DNA of 64,000 nucleotides, taken from the NCBI RefSeq assembly GCF_001194135.2, contig NC_068981.1, positions 89,903,460 to 89,967,459 of the forward strand, in the 5' to 3' direction. The notes beneath the pieces are model-generated. The model was given only the letters and a program-made list of their open reading frames with translations. It was not told the DNA's origin and did not search any database. Numbering within the stretch: position 1 is the first letter of the stretch; each line of letters starts with the position of its first letter. This DNA comes from Octopus bimaculoides (lineage: Eukaryota). This document shows positions 39,376 through 51,752 of the stretch, piece by piece. A program made the translations under genes and the position numbers.

Positions 39376-39790
39376 TGGTGGAATATTCCCATCAGCATCT
39401 GTCAAATGTACACATAACATGTCGGATATTGTTGTTTGTGACAGAAGGACAAAGGTATGTTCCATCATAGAGGTTGGCTGCCCTGTAGATATAAATATCT
39501 CTTTGAAAATCAAAGAAAAAGAGGATATCTATGGACAACTGCTTCGAAACATCCAGCTTCTATATCCAGACTATGAATTCATATTCATACCAATAATAAT
39601 TGGGGCACTAGGTTTTGTTAGTAAATGCTTAAAGGAGAATCTGGATAAACTGGAATTTTTAGAAAGAGAAAACGATTGGCTAATTCATACATTACAAGTG
39701 CAATCTGTGAGTGGAACAGTAAAGATATACAAGACTTTCTGAAGTTTCAAGCCTTGTATCTTTGTTGGATACCGGCTCCCTCCTCAGTGG
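39376..39790 (+). mobile_element. Non-LTR retrotransposon 3' fragment, restriction-like endonuclease (R4/Dong-type), copy 1
   Basis: WWNIP / SVKCTHNMSDIVVCDRRTKVCSIIEVGCPVDIN...KEKEDIYGQL...IPIIIGALG...VSGTVKIYKTF matches the HN-PD-IID/EV-CP-D-KEK-IPIVIGALG signature. Confidence 0.8.
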
Positions 39791-39829
39791 AAAATTTATA
39801 ATTAAAAAAATAGAAAAGACTCACATACA

Positions 39830-40260
39830 TAAAATTAAGACAGCCATCAAGTTAAAGCACAACCGGCCAGTTACGGTTGTATGGGACAACAAGAAAAATA
39901 GGTATTCAGTTTTGGAAATCAGCTGCCCCTTGGACACGAATATGGTTAGAAAAATAAGAGGAAGAGACATCCATGAGCCATTGATAGGAAGTTTGAAAAT
40001 TCAGTACCCAACATACACTTTCAGCTTCATACTCATTGTTATTGGAGCAACAGGATACATTCCAACACATCTGGAGCAAAGCATGGCTGAATTTGGGATC
40101 TTAAGGAGAGAATGCAAATCCTTAATTCATACGCCACAAATGACCGCGATATCTGGAACTACAACAATTTGCAAATCATTCTTAAGATTTTATGGATGAT
40201 GGTTAAAACAAGATACTTTCCTTCAGAACCTTGCGACCAAGTAGGCGGCTGGTTAAAAAT
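39830..40260 (+). mobile_element. Non-LTR retrotransposon 3' fragment, restriction-like endonuclease, copy 2 (different family)
   Basis: IKLKHNRPVTVVWDNKKNRYSVLEISCPLDTN...ILIVIGATGYIP...AISGTTTICKSFLRF. Confidence 0.78.
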
Positions 40261-40898
40261 ATTCTAAATTAAATAGCGAAAGAGAACATAACGTTGAGTA
40301 ACTGTATGTGTTGCAAGCGTACATAAGCTCGCGTAAGTAGTAAAATTGATGCTATGTTCAACAGCGTGATTAAGTGATTTTCAAGTATCTGAATACAGGT
40401 TAAACGACAGATGAATTGTGTTGCCAAGTGTTGATGAAGAAGAATAGGATTCATTTACGATTTTCAGATAATGTTTCATTATCACACACGTTATATATTT
40501 CTATACAAAGAAGTTAATGAGTTGATATCTTAATGTTTTACCAGAATCAGATTACATCTTATAATATATTCTCCGAAATCAACAATGAAAGATTTTTATT
40601 ATATAAGCGTACAGTATGAAGTTAAAATCAGTTTGTATGATGCTTTTGCTATTTATAATGAATTGGGAAGGTAATGTAACTGAAGTCGTTATATCTTCAA
40701 ACGTATATCGAAATCTTGTTGCTGAATTCTCTTGCTTATAGATAGTTTACCGTTTTCTTTAAAGCACTGACCACATGTGCCTGTTTGTACGTGTATGCTT
40801 GCTTAGAATTGTGTATGTGTATGTTTGCCTACGATTGTGCACGCATTTACATGTATGTATGCGACTATGTGCATGTTTGCTGTATATATGCATTTATT

Positions 40899-41103
40899 GG
40901 TTTCAAATTTTGGCACAAAACTAACAAGTTTTATGGAGGGACTAACATTGACCCCAGTGCTCGACAGGTACTTTGTTATCAACACCGAAAGGATGAAAGG
41001 CAAAGTCGACCCCGGCGGAATTCGAACTCAGATTGTAAAGACAGTTGAAATACCACTAAGCATTTCGCATGGCGTGTTAACGGTTCTGCCAGCTCGCCGC
41101 CTT
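40899..41103 (-). mobile_element. SINE family C
   Basis: CCGAAAGGATGAAAGGCAAAGTCGACCCCGGCGGAATTCGAACTCAGA...TTCTGCCAGCTCGCCGCCTT. Confidence 0.85.
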
Positions 41104-41258
41104 AGCATATATGCTTATATTAAATAATATTCGTTTTCCGAATGATCCGGCTCCATATATTGTTGATTTACATCGTTTTCCCCGATATAACGATCAAGTA
41201 TGGTTATGGGAATAGAAGTTGATTACATGATATGCATGCTTATTCTAAGATTTTACCC

Positions 41259-42535
41259 CATAGTCAAAACCATCATCGCGTAGATATAATAGACATTTAT
41301 ACAAATAAAAACACATACGCAAAACATAAAACGTATACATATTCACATTCGCTGCAACCATGAATATACATATGAATTATATATGTATACATATGAATTA
41401 TATATATATATACAAATACATCCTTCTGTCTATCAACACACCTACACCTGCAGATATGCAAGCGTATGTACATACATATATGTATGGAGGAAGGAGACAT
41501 GTGCAAGACAGTCACTCTTAAGCAAACGGATACAGTGTTACACTCGTATATATACATACATTCGTACACATATACACATGCACACACATACACATCTGAT
41601 ATATGCTTATACATACAAACACATATAAAAATATATAAGATATGTTAAACCGCATGAAAGGCCTGTACATGGACAAAATATAAAAAGCAGGTTCTATCTG
41701 TGACCTTAGACATGTAGCGGGGTCTAAAGAACATTTTCCAGATGAGATATCTTTCCATATGAGATACCTTTCCATATCGCAAAGACCGCACTTTCCACTG
41801 CCGTTGATGTAAGGTTTACACTTGGCCAAGATCTTCCAGTGAATCTTATAGCTGACACCTTGTCCTTTTAAGGACCATATATAACTGGATAATTTGGTCG
41901 TTTTTCTTTTATCCCAGTGTCTGAAGCCTAAGGTGTGATTATTGAACCTGGCTTTAAAGTTTCCTCCTTTGAGACCCACATATTTCTTTGACGAAACTGT
42001 GTCCTTAGCGGTCGTAGAATCTACGGTGGCTTCATAAATAATGGTCTCGGTCATGCAAGCTCCATTTAGCGGGCACAAGTAATTATCTCTGCAGGAACAG
42101 CCAGCTTCATGCTGTTGTTTTTGTGTATTGTGTGTAATTATATTTTTAAAATTTGTGGTTGAACTAAAACTAATTTTTATGTTATGCCTATTTAAAAGTT
42201 TCCTGTACTTATGATTAATTGGAAAATGCCTAACTATAAGTGATAAGAAATATCTACCTATATTAAAGGTCACTTCGCGGGAGTAAGGGGGGTGAACCAG
42301 ATAATTTTCCTATTCCTATGTTTTCTTTTCTTTATTTCTGAACTAATAACAGGTGTATAAGTTATTTCTTCTCTACAACCACTATCTTTAAGAACTTTAT
42401 TATATACGAGGGCAGCATTATTAAATATGTTTATATCGGAGGAGAAGCTGGAAATTCTCCTACTAATATTTTTAACTAAATTCTTAAACATTATGGGTGG
42501 GGGGCAGGAACCTAAATTAATATAACTAAGTCTAT
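41259..42535 (-). pseudogene. Penelope-like element (Neptune-type) 3' part: RT C-terminus, linker and GIY-YIG endonuclease, frameshifted
   Basis: YINLGSCPPPIMFKNLVKNISRRISSFSS...KRKHRNRKIIWFTP / FNIGRYFLSLIVRHFP...GCSCRDNYLCPLNGACMTETIIYEATV...KYVGLKGGNFKARFNNH...LSSYIWSLK...CGLCDMERYLIW. Confidence 0.88.
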
Positions 42536-43131
42536 CGGTCTTTGTGATATGGAAAGATGGCTCATCTGGAACACTTCTTTAGACCCCGCTACATGTCTAA
42601 ATTCAAAAACTGAGCTTTTTGGATCATGTCTACATATGAGAAAATACTTGTTACGTTTTTGGGCCCCCAAGATCACAGAGAGAACCTGTTTTTTTATATT
42701 GTGTCCATGTACAGGCCTTTCATGTAGTTTAACATATCTTATATATTTTTTATATATTTTTATATGTATTTGTATGTATAAGCATATATCAGATGTGTAT
42801 GTGTGTGCATGTGTATATGTGTACGAATGTATGTATATATATACGAGTGTAAGACTGTATCCGTTTGCTTAAGAGTGATTGTCATGCACATGTCTCCTTC
42901 CTTTATACATATATGTATGTATATACGCTTGCATATCTGCAGGTGTAAGTGTGTTGATAGACAGGAGGGTGTATTTGTATATATATATATATATATGCAC
43001 CCCTATATATATAATTCATATGTATATTCATGGCTGCAGCGAATGTGAATATGTATACGTTTTATGTTTTGCGTATGTGTTTTCATTTGTATAAATTTCT
43101 ATATATCTACGCGAGGATGATGTTGACTATG
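42536..43131 (+). mobile_element. Inverted terminal copy (pseudo-LTR) of the same PLE
   Basis: Reverse complement of 41259-41788 (CGGTCTTTG.GATATGGAAAG...TTGACTATG); carries CLNSKTELFGSCLHMRKYLL, which is deleted in the left arm. Confidence 0.88.
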
Positions 43132-43587
43132 TATTTATACGTGTGTGTGTGCGTATATTTATACATATATATGCATATGCGTGGTTTTGTCCATCCGCGT
43201 GTGTGTATGTGTATATGTATATTTATACATGCAGCGTGTGTGAATATATGCCTGCTACGAACGTTAATACATGTATATTGTTTACGGTTTTATATGAGTA
43301 TTTTTATTTATATAAGTTCTAAGATAAATGTAAACTTTTTCTATGTGAAGATGAAATTATATATACATATATACGTACGTGTGTATGTATTTTCTTATTT
43401 ATGTGTATATATTTTTTTGTGCATGTACATGCATATGCATGTATATGTATATGCGTATGCGTGTGCGTATAGAGATGTGTATATGAGCATAATAATGCGT
43501 GTATGGGTACATATACGTGTGTATGTGCGTGTATGCGCGTATGCATGTGTATGTGTGTGCATGTATATATATGCATATATGTATGTG

Positions 43588-43677
<90 letters not shown>

Positions 43678-43694
43678 CATAAACATATATACAT

Positions 43695-43751
<57 letters not shown>

Positions 43752-43785
43752 CCTATATATTTTCAAATGTCTGTATGTATGTACG

Positions 43786-43824
<39 letters not shown>

Positions 43825-44110
43825 TGTATGTATGCATATATAATGAAAGATTACCGTTTAACAAAACGTCTTACTTGCAGCTTGCATTTCTCTACTAACA
43901 ATCCATCATAATAACAATATCACTAATAGCATGACATTTACAGAAATGTTAGCCCAGATGTCACCAATATACAGTAGTGATAATTACACAACTAATTCCT
44001 TTTCACATACTAATTCCTTTTCACTAATTCCTAATTCCTTTTCACACACTTCTGTAAGTGCTTTGGTCTGAGTATTCATATACCAGAAGAAACTGTCCGA
44101 AAGCTCTTAC

Positions 44111-44228
44111 CACAACACAACCAAAGTACCGCGAAAAATCTGCTGCTTAGATAAAAGATTAACTGTGTTCATCCTGATTTTGTCAAATTCTTTGGTAAGA
44201 TTGTTGATAAAGAATCTTATGTTACAAC
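44111..44228 (-). CDS. Orphan exon candidate, possibly 5'UTR plus start codon (MNTVNLLSKQQIFRGTLVVL...)
   Basis: Acceptor CATTTTTCAG|G, donor GTG|GTAAGA, one open frame (118 nt); hydrophobic C-terminal end; no homology recognised. Confidence 0.33.
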
Positions 44229-44461
44229 CTGAAAAATGCTGATGGTATGTCAGAGAAGCTAGGCATCTGGTTTTTCTGCTTTCATGAAATACAGAAATCA
44301 AATAGAAGTAGCTAATGGAATCCTTTCCGTAATAACTGCAACTAGTGGGACTTGTGGAAATTCCACAGAACGAAAAAGATTAAGAGAAGCTATCTAAGGA
44401 AGAAAGGATGATTTCTATTTTTATTTTGCTAAGTTATTTCACTTCCAGTCACAATAGTCTA

Positions 44462-44667
44462 ACTCTTTTACTTGTTTCAGTCATTTGACAGCAGCCATGC
44501 TGGAGCACCGCCTTTAGTCGAACTAATCGACCCCAGGACTTATTCTTTGTAAGCCTAGTACTTATTTTACCAGTGACTTTTGCCAAACCGCTAAGTTACA
44601 GGGACGTAAACACACCAGCATCGGTTGTCAAGCGATGTTGGGGGGACAAATACAGACACACAAACAT

Positions 44668-44716
<49 letters not shown>

Positions 44717-44888
44717 CATATATACGACGGGCTTCTTTCAGTTTCCGTCTACCAAATCCACTCACAAGGCTTTGGTCGGCCCGAGACTATAGTAGAAGAC
44801 ACTTACCCAAGATGCCACGCAGTGGGATTGATCCCAGAACCATGTGGTTGGTAAGCAAGTTACTTACCACATAGCCACTCCTGCGCCT
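44462..44888 (-). mobile_element. SINE family A, full length
   Basis: Runs from the TACTCTTTTACTTGTTTCAG tail to the CACATAGCCACTCCTGCGCCT head, with an internal (CA)n(TA)n. Confidence 0.92.
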
Positions 44889-45229
44889 ATGTCTATCATA
44901 TAGTATTAAAATTACTCTCTGCTAAGCACTTTATATTTCTCTCTTTCCCTCTATCTCTTCAACAAACTTTTTAACCATGTAATTCCCCTCTTCATGTCTT
45001 TAACTTCTCTCTTTCTCTCCCCATCCTACAGCACGTCATTAACTGTTCTCGCTCCCACTTTTCTCTCACCGTCTTTTTCTCTTGCTCTTTTCCTCTCTTT
45101 TCAACTAACCACGTGATGCATTTGGCTTTAGTGTATTATCATAGTCTTCTTTCTTTTTTATTCACCTTCCCCCTTTCTCTCTCACTTTTATTCCACCTCT
45201 CACTCACTCCACCTCTACCTTTCACTCAC

Positions 45230-45420
45230 TCTACCTCTATCTCTCACTCACTCCACCTCCACCTCCACCTCTCACTCCACCTCCACCTCTCACTCCACCT
45301 CCACCTCTCACTCCACCTCCACCTCTCACTCCACCTTCACCTCTCACTCTACCTCCACCTCTCACTCCACCTCCACTTCTCACTCCACCTCCACTTCTCA
45401 ATCACTCCACCTCCACTTCT
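45230..45420. repeat. Pyrimidine-rich tandem repeat with an 18-bp unit (CTCACTCCACCTCCACCT) built from CTCCAC hexamers
   Basis: Direct reading; source of the (LHLSLH)n ORF. Confidence 0.85.
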
Positions 45421-46057
45421 CTAACAAACTAAAGTATAACGGGCGAACGAACAAGCAGATTATTATATAGATAATAGGTGATGTGTTACACTACACCATT
45501 GTGCGAGTCCACAAACCATCACACACCTCCTGTTTCTCATAAATTTGTCAGACCAGCGAAAATATCCAATTGCTTATAATGAGCAGCAATGTAGACAGCA
45601 CTAAAGAACAATAAAAACGAAGAATATTTATGCACAGCAGCAAAACCTAAAAGCTCCAAACAATTGACTTTGGACGATAATATTGTCACTCACCACCACA
45701 AAATTCGATGTTTTTCGTTATGGAAAGAGAGTCTCCAGCATTGTGTTGGAGCTGACTCCAAGCAGAAAAAAAAAATTAGATCTTAGCACGTATGTAACCT
45801 GAGTGTTGCTTTATGCAAATGCATGTTTTTCTAAACATATTTACAAACTGTCGACATACTGAAGTTAATGACATTTCAGTTGTTGATGAAAGTGCCCTGG
45901 AACCACTCTGTAGCATAGCGGCGTATAGGGTGTTTATTTTAGTGTGTATATCTTGTATTTTAACGTGGCATATCGTTTGAGACATCTTTTATATTCAAAT
46001 GTATGTATATATATATGCATGCGTGTATGTATGCATGTATGTATTGATGGATAGATG

Positions 46058-46102
<45 letters not shown>

Positions 46103-46286
46103 TAATAGAATAAAGTATATGCACATATGTACATGGACATGAATGCACATACACACACAAATACATACACATGTGTTTGCATACATACATATATGGATGG
46201 ATGGATGAATACATAAGTATTACGATAATAGGGACACATGACCTAAAACAGCTATGTAAACTTAAAACAAATAAAATGCCCTCGAT

Positions 46287-46694
46287 TACTCTTTTACTCT
46301 TTTACTTGTTCCAGTCATTTGACTGTGGCCATGCTGGAGCACCACCTTTAGTCGAGCAAATCGACCCTAGGACTTATTCTTTGTAAGCCTAGTACTTATT
46401 CTATCGTTCTGTTTTGCCGAACCGCTAAGTTATGGGGACGTAGACACNNNNNNNNNNTTGTCAAGCGATGTTGGGGGGGGGGACAAACACTGACACACAA
46501 ACACATACAAACACACACATATATATATATATATATATACATATATACGACGTGCTTCTTTCAGTTTCCGTCTACCAAATCCACTCCGAAGCTATAGTAG
46601 AAGACACTTGCCCAAGGTGCCACGCAGTGGGACTGAACCCGGAACCTATGTGGTTGGTAAGCAAGCTACTTATCACACAGCCACTCCTATGCCT
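46287..46694 (-). mobile_element. SINE family A, near full length, with a small N-gap and an internal deletion
   Basis: Colinear with 44462-44888; lacks ACAAGGCTTTGGTCGGCC. Confidence 0.9.
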
Positions 46695-47561
46695 ACTGTT
46701 TACTAAAACAAAAATTATCACGTCATTTTAACAATATACACGCGTTGTCAAAAATTATGACCGTTTTATTACTTACAGACAACTTTTATACAAAATTGAT
46801 GTCGGATTTGTTAATTATAGAGGACATTTTGTGTTAGAAATTACAAAATTTCTTCTAGTGATGTTTGTAGCAAATATATAAACACTAGAATACATGGTCC
46901 ACTTCTAAAAGAAAAACTATTCATGACAAAATTGATTTAAATACATTGTTATCCTGTTTTAGCCCTATAAAGTACAATGGAGCTGTACTTTCAGCCATTC
47001 TAACAGCACTGTTACACCTCTTACTCAACTCAGTTTCACACACACACTTACGCGAGCATACACATCTGCACACAAGCACACATAAACACATACGCATACA
47101 CACACGCACAATCACTCACACATATTTATACTCATTCACTCACTCTTTCTCTACTTGCAATTCTAGTTGAGCGTGGCAAATCCTTCCACACCGTTTCCTT
47201 TCACACCATTTCATTTTACTTCTAGTGTTTTCTCCCACTCTATATTTGCTCTCTGACAGTCTCTTACACTGTCCCCTTACCCTGATAGCAAATAAATACA
47301 CTCGGAATCATTATAATGTCAGACAAAACGCGTAATGGTATTTTTTCCGACTCTTTACATTTTGAGTTGAAATCCCATAGAGGTCAGCTTTGCCTTTCAT
47401 CACTCCGTGTTCTATAAAACAAAGTGCTAATCAAGTACTGAGACGAGGGTATCGATTGCTTCTCTTCAGCTCAATGTTCTGGCCTTGTGCCTAAATCAGA
47501 AACTATTACTATTTCTTTTATTATTGCTTTTGTCTTATTGCTTTTGTCTTTGGCTTTTAAT

Positions 47562-47979
47562 AGAGTGGACAAACAGGGACAGACAAACGGATTAAGTCGA
47601 TAATATCGACTCCAGTGCGTAACTGGTACTTATTTAATCGACCCCGAAAGGATAAAGAGCAAAGTCTACCCCGGCGGAATTTGAACTCAGAACGTAGTGG
47701 CAGACGAAATACAGCTAAGCATTTCACCCGGCGTGCTAACGTTTCTTATTTCTTTACTGCCCACAAGGGGCTCCACACAGAGGGGACAAACAAGGACAGA
47801 CAAACGGATTAAGTCGATTATATCGACCCTAGTGCGTAACTGGTACTCATTTAATCGACCTCGAAAGGATAGAAGGCAAAGTCGACCTCGGTAGAATTTG
47901 AACTCAGAACGTAACGGCAGACGAAATACCGCTAAGCATTTCGCCCGGCGTGCTAACGTTTCTGCCAGCCCGCCGCCTT
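47562..47979 (-). mobile_element. Two tandem SINE family-C copies with a GGACAAAC/AGACAAAC-type tail (47562-47746, 47747-47979)
   Basis: GGACAAACA.GGACAGACAAACGGATTAAGTCGAT.ATATCGAC...GTGCTAACGTTTCT is repeated head-to-tail. Confidence 0.9.
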
Positions 47980-48209
47980 TGTTTATGCCTTCTTAAATGT
48001 TTCCGGCGTGTTTATATTTCACCATCTGGGGCACCTCCTCCAGAATTGCATCAGGTCAACTCAGAGCAATCAAATCGGAGAAAAACAAAGATGTTCCAGC
48101 TGTTGATATTGTATTTCGGGAAGAACATTATTCAATGTGTCTTTATATTTCTAAAACGATTGGGTACAATTTGAGAGAGAATTAGCAGTTCTTAATAATA
48201 GGTCGTGTA

Positions 48210-48430
48210 AGGAAGCAAGCTGGCAGAATCGTTAGCACGCCGGACAAAATGCTTAGCGGCATTTCGTCTGTCTTTACGTTCTGAGTTCAAATTCCACCGA
48301 GGTCGATTTTTCCTTTCATCCTTTCGGTGACGATGAAGTAAGTACCACTTGAGCACTTGGGTCGATGTAAACGACTTACCTCCTCCCTCGAAATTGCTAG
48401 CCTTGGGCCAAAATTTGGAACCATCATTAG
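48210..48430 (+). mobile_element. SINE family C with 11-bp TSD
   Basis: TAGGTCGTGTA at 48199-48209 and 48431-48441. Confidence 0.9.
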
Positions 48431-50781
48431 TAGGTCGTGTATGTATGCAGAAGTTCTTTAGTTGGCTCGCATGTTCTTGAGATGTGCACATCATTATCTT
48501 TTAGATCGTAGCATTGTTTTATTGTTATTGTTGTTGTTGTTGTTATTATTGTTTCTCTTCTGTCTCTATTACGACTGAATAGAAAACATTGTAACTATTT
48601 CAAAGATTATAACGATATTTTAATCTTAAACATTATCACAGACACAAACATTGTTCTTGATGTTGTTGTGTTGATGATATATGTATAGATGTAGCCGTCT
48701 CAGAGACTACTACTATTGCCTTCAGATTTAACTAATCAATGTAATTTAGTAGGTAAAACCAACGCTGTTGTGCTGAAGAAAGGCTGGTTAGATCAATGAT
48801 TGTTTTGAAGATCCTGAGAATTGATATTAAATTCACAACGTACATCTGCTTGATTTTACAGATGCTTCTCAATGTATGCAAGAAGTATCTTCCTGAATAA
48901 TTTATTTTCTTATTATACCTTTGGGGCAGAGAACATTCCAAATACGACACAGATGACATATGTTCTACTTCAACATTATAACCAACAGTTTCCGTCAGTA
49001 ATGATTGTCTTTGTTTTAAAACGAAACGAAATTATCTCCACAATGATTTTACAGAAACAATCTTTCATTATGATATATGTTCCTTATCTTAAAATCCAGG
49101 AGTTGTATAAGTATTTCCATTTGCAAATTAGACATACAGATTCTAAGTATGAAAAACATTGAGATATAGACTCCAGTCTCCGAAAGCATGACGCTAAAAG
49201 AGGATGTTCACGACGAGGAATAATGTATGATAATAAATCCTTTGAACTCATAAAAGGGGATACTTATCCGCCACTTATTATTATTTCATCGATGTATTAT
49301 TATTTCATCGATGTAGGGGGAAATAAAAGGTAAATTTGACTTTAGTTGCATTTCAGCTTAACACAGAAAGCTTCCACAATGAATATTGTAAGTAGCGTAA
49401 TAAGATCACCAACTCTTTGCTCCAAATGTTCCACCCACACATGAAAAATATTGTTTTATTACTGGTTATCTGCTTTTATATAATCAGGTTGAATAAGGTT
49501 TAGTGCTTTGAAACAAAAATAAAAAAGATAATCGAAGAGAGAAATATGTTTCTAACAGTATAATTAACACTGACCAGTCAACTAAAACCAAAACGAAATA
49601 AGAAAATATAGATAAACAGGTAAGTACTTCATTGTTGGCTTGCTAAATAAGTAAAAGCATGTGTTAATAGAAATAATAGTATTCGATTTTTTAAGTGCAG
49701 CCGCAGATACTCTCTAGTATGTTTTAGGGCATTTATTGAAATGTCTTCCTTCTTGGTAGCTGCCAATCATAAATCAATGCTATCATGACTATTGATTTAT
49801 GAAAGCTTTCTTCTTTCTATCAGCGCAAACATGCAATCATGATATTCTAAGTAAATACGGTTCAGTTCAGTCAAAAGTCAGTTACACATTAAGCACTTAA
49901 ACCTTGAGAGTAGAAACTTCGATGAATTTATATAGAAGTCTCTGAGAGCCAAAGCTTGAGACAACTACCATATCAGGAGGGAGCGCGTATATCGCTATTT
50001 TGTTGGGCGGGAGAAGAGTGTTTGTACATGAGTATATGCATGTACATAGGTGTACAAGTGTGTAGGGGACGTATGTATACGTGTGGCTTTCGTCGTTTTG
50101 AGGTAGAAATAGTAAAACGAGGAATTATGATGTTATTTTCGGATCAAGTTGTCAAGCCTTTCAGGATGACTCTCTATAAGCACTTGTATTCGATCGACCA
50201 AGAAGATTTGCGACTGGAAATGAGTACTCTTCCGCAATTAACATGCACCAATGTCCTGTTGGTGTATATAGTAGACGGAAATTGAGTGAAAGCCCGTCGT
50301 ATGTGTATATTTGTGTGTATCACACACACATTTACGCACACACATACACACACACTGGAGTAAAACGCATATGTTAACTGCAGTTAACATATGCGTTTTA
50401 CTCCATTCATTAAATTTATATATACTCAAGTACCCAAAATATCAAGGAGTTTCTACCTCATAAACAGGAGTTACACCACAGTTATTTTGTGATCTTTGCT
50501 ACCCTGGTATCTATTAACCAATTTATTTTGTCCGAGTTATTTATTAATTAGAAAATAGATACATATAATAATAATAATAATAATAATATATATATATATA
50601 TATATATATANNNNNNNNNNNNNNNNNNNNNNNNNNNNNNNNNNNNNNNNNNNNNNNNNNNNNNNNNNNNNNNNNNNNNNNNNNNNNNNNNNNNNNNNNN
50701 NNNNNNNNNNNNNNNNNNNNNNNNNNNNNNNNNNNNNNNNNNNNNNNNNNNNNNNATAATAATAATAATAATAATAATATA

Positions 50782-50849
<68 letters not shown>

Positions 50850-51169
50850 CATATATGTGTGTGTGTGCGTGTGTGTATTTATGTATACGTATATGCATAT
50901 ATATAAATATAAGTATACACACACACTCACACCTATGAATGAATACTTCCAGCCCCATGCTGAAGATTGTGAGCCTGAGACACGACCACCAAGCCTCGCA
51001 AAACTCTGCAGGCACCTACTGCAACCGAACACTTCGTTAAGATCCTGCCCATTTGGTGTTTGATATCATCATTCTATTCTTTGTTTTTGTCGTTCATGAG
51101 ATGTAAATATGATCACAAGAGAGCTAAGAGTCAACCGGATCTGTTTATCTCAAAGAGACCTTGAAGACG

Positions 51170-51600
51170 TAATGGCAGAAAATGAGAATTACAGGATCTT
51201 GTGGGATTTCCCCATAAAGACTGACCATACTGTTGGAGCAAGAAGACCGGATATGATCATAGAAGACAAAATAAACAAACAATGTAAGATAATAGATTTT
51301 GAAATTGCTTATGATCGCAGAATCGATAACAAATTGAAAAAACTGAGAAATATATGGATCTAGCTAGAGAGCTGAGAAAATCAATACAACAGTTATCCTT
51401 GTAGCAACAGTGCACCTGGCACAGTACTCAAAATGCTAAGAGACTGATGAAGATTGGAACTGAAACTTGCATTGTCGATTTACAGAAATATCATGTTATA
51501 TTCTGCAAGAATTCTAAGCAAGATTCTTGAGATTTCAGGAAACTTGTTGACACCAAAACTAGTGATAAAATACATGCCAACTAGATTAGAATGCACTAAC
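51170..51600 (+). mobile_element. R4/Dong-type LINE 3' fragment ending in (AAT)n
   Basis: ENENYRILWDFPIKTDHTVGARRPDMIIEDKINKQCKIIDFEIAYD...YSARILSKILE, followed directly by (AAC/AAT)n 51601-51752. Confidence 0.82.

Positions 51601-51752
<152 letters not shown>

Noticed and set aside
41205-41285. Decayed hammerhead at the PLE terminus (minus strand GATGA-TGGTTTTGAC...GTAAAATC-TTAGAAT-AAGCATGC)
   Set aside because: The position fits, but both core motifs are broken; it cannot be supported without a family consensus
44155-44225. Kinase-like HPDFVKFFG on the plus strand
   Set aside because: Bounded by stops, no other kinase subdomains nearby; the minus-strand exon reading has better splice sites
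50930-51070. Possible extra RLE-LINE C-terminus on the minus strand (VAVGACRVLRGL)
   Set aside because: Only one short motif-like stretch
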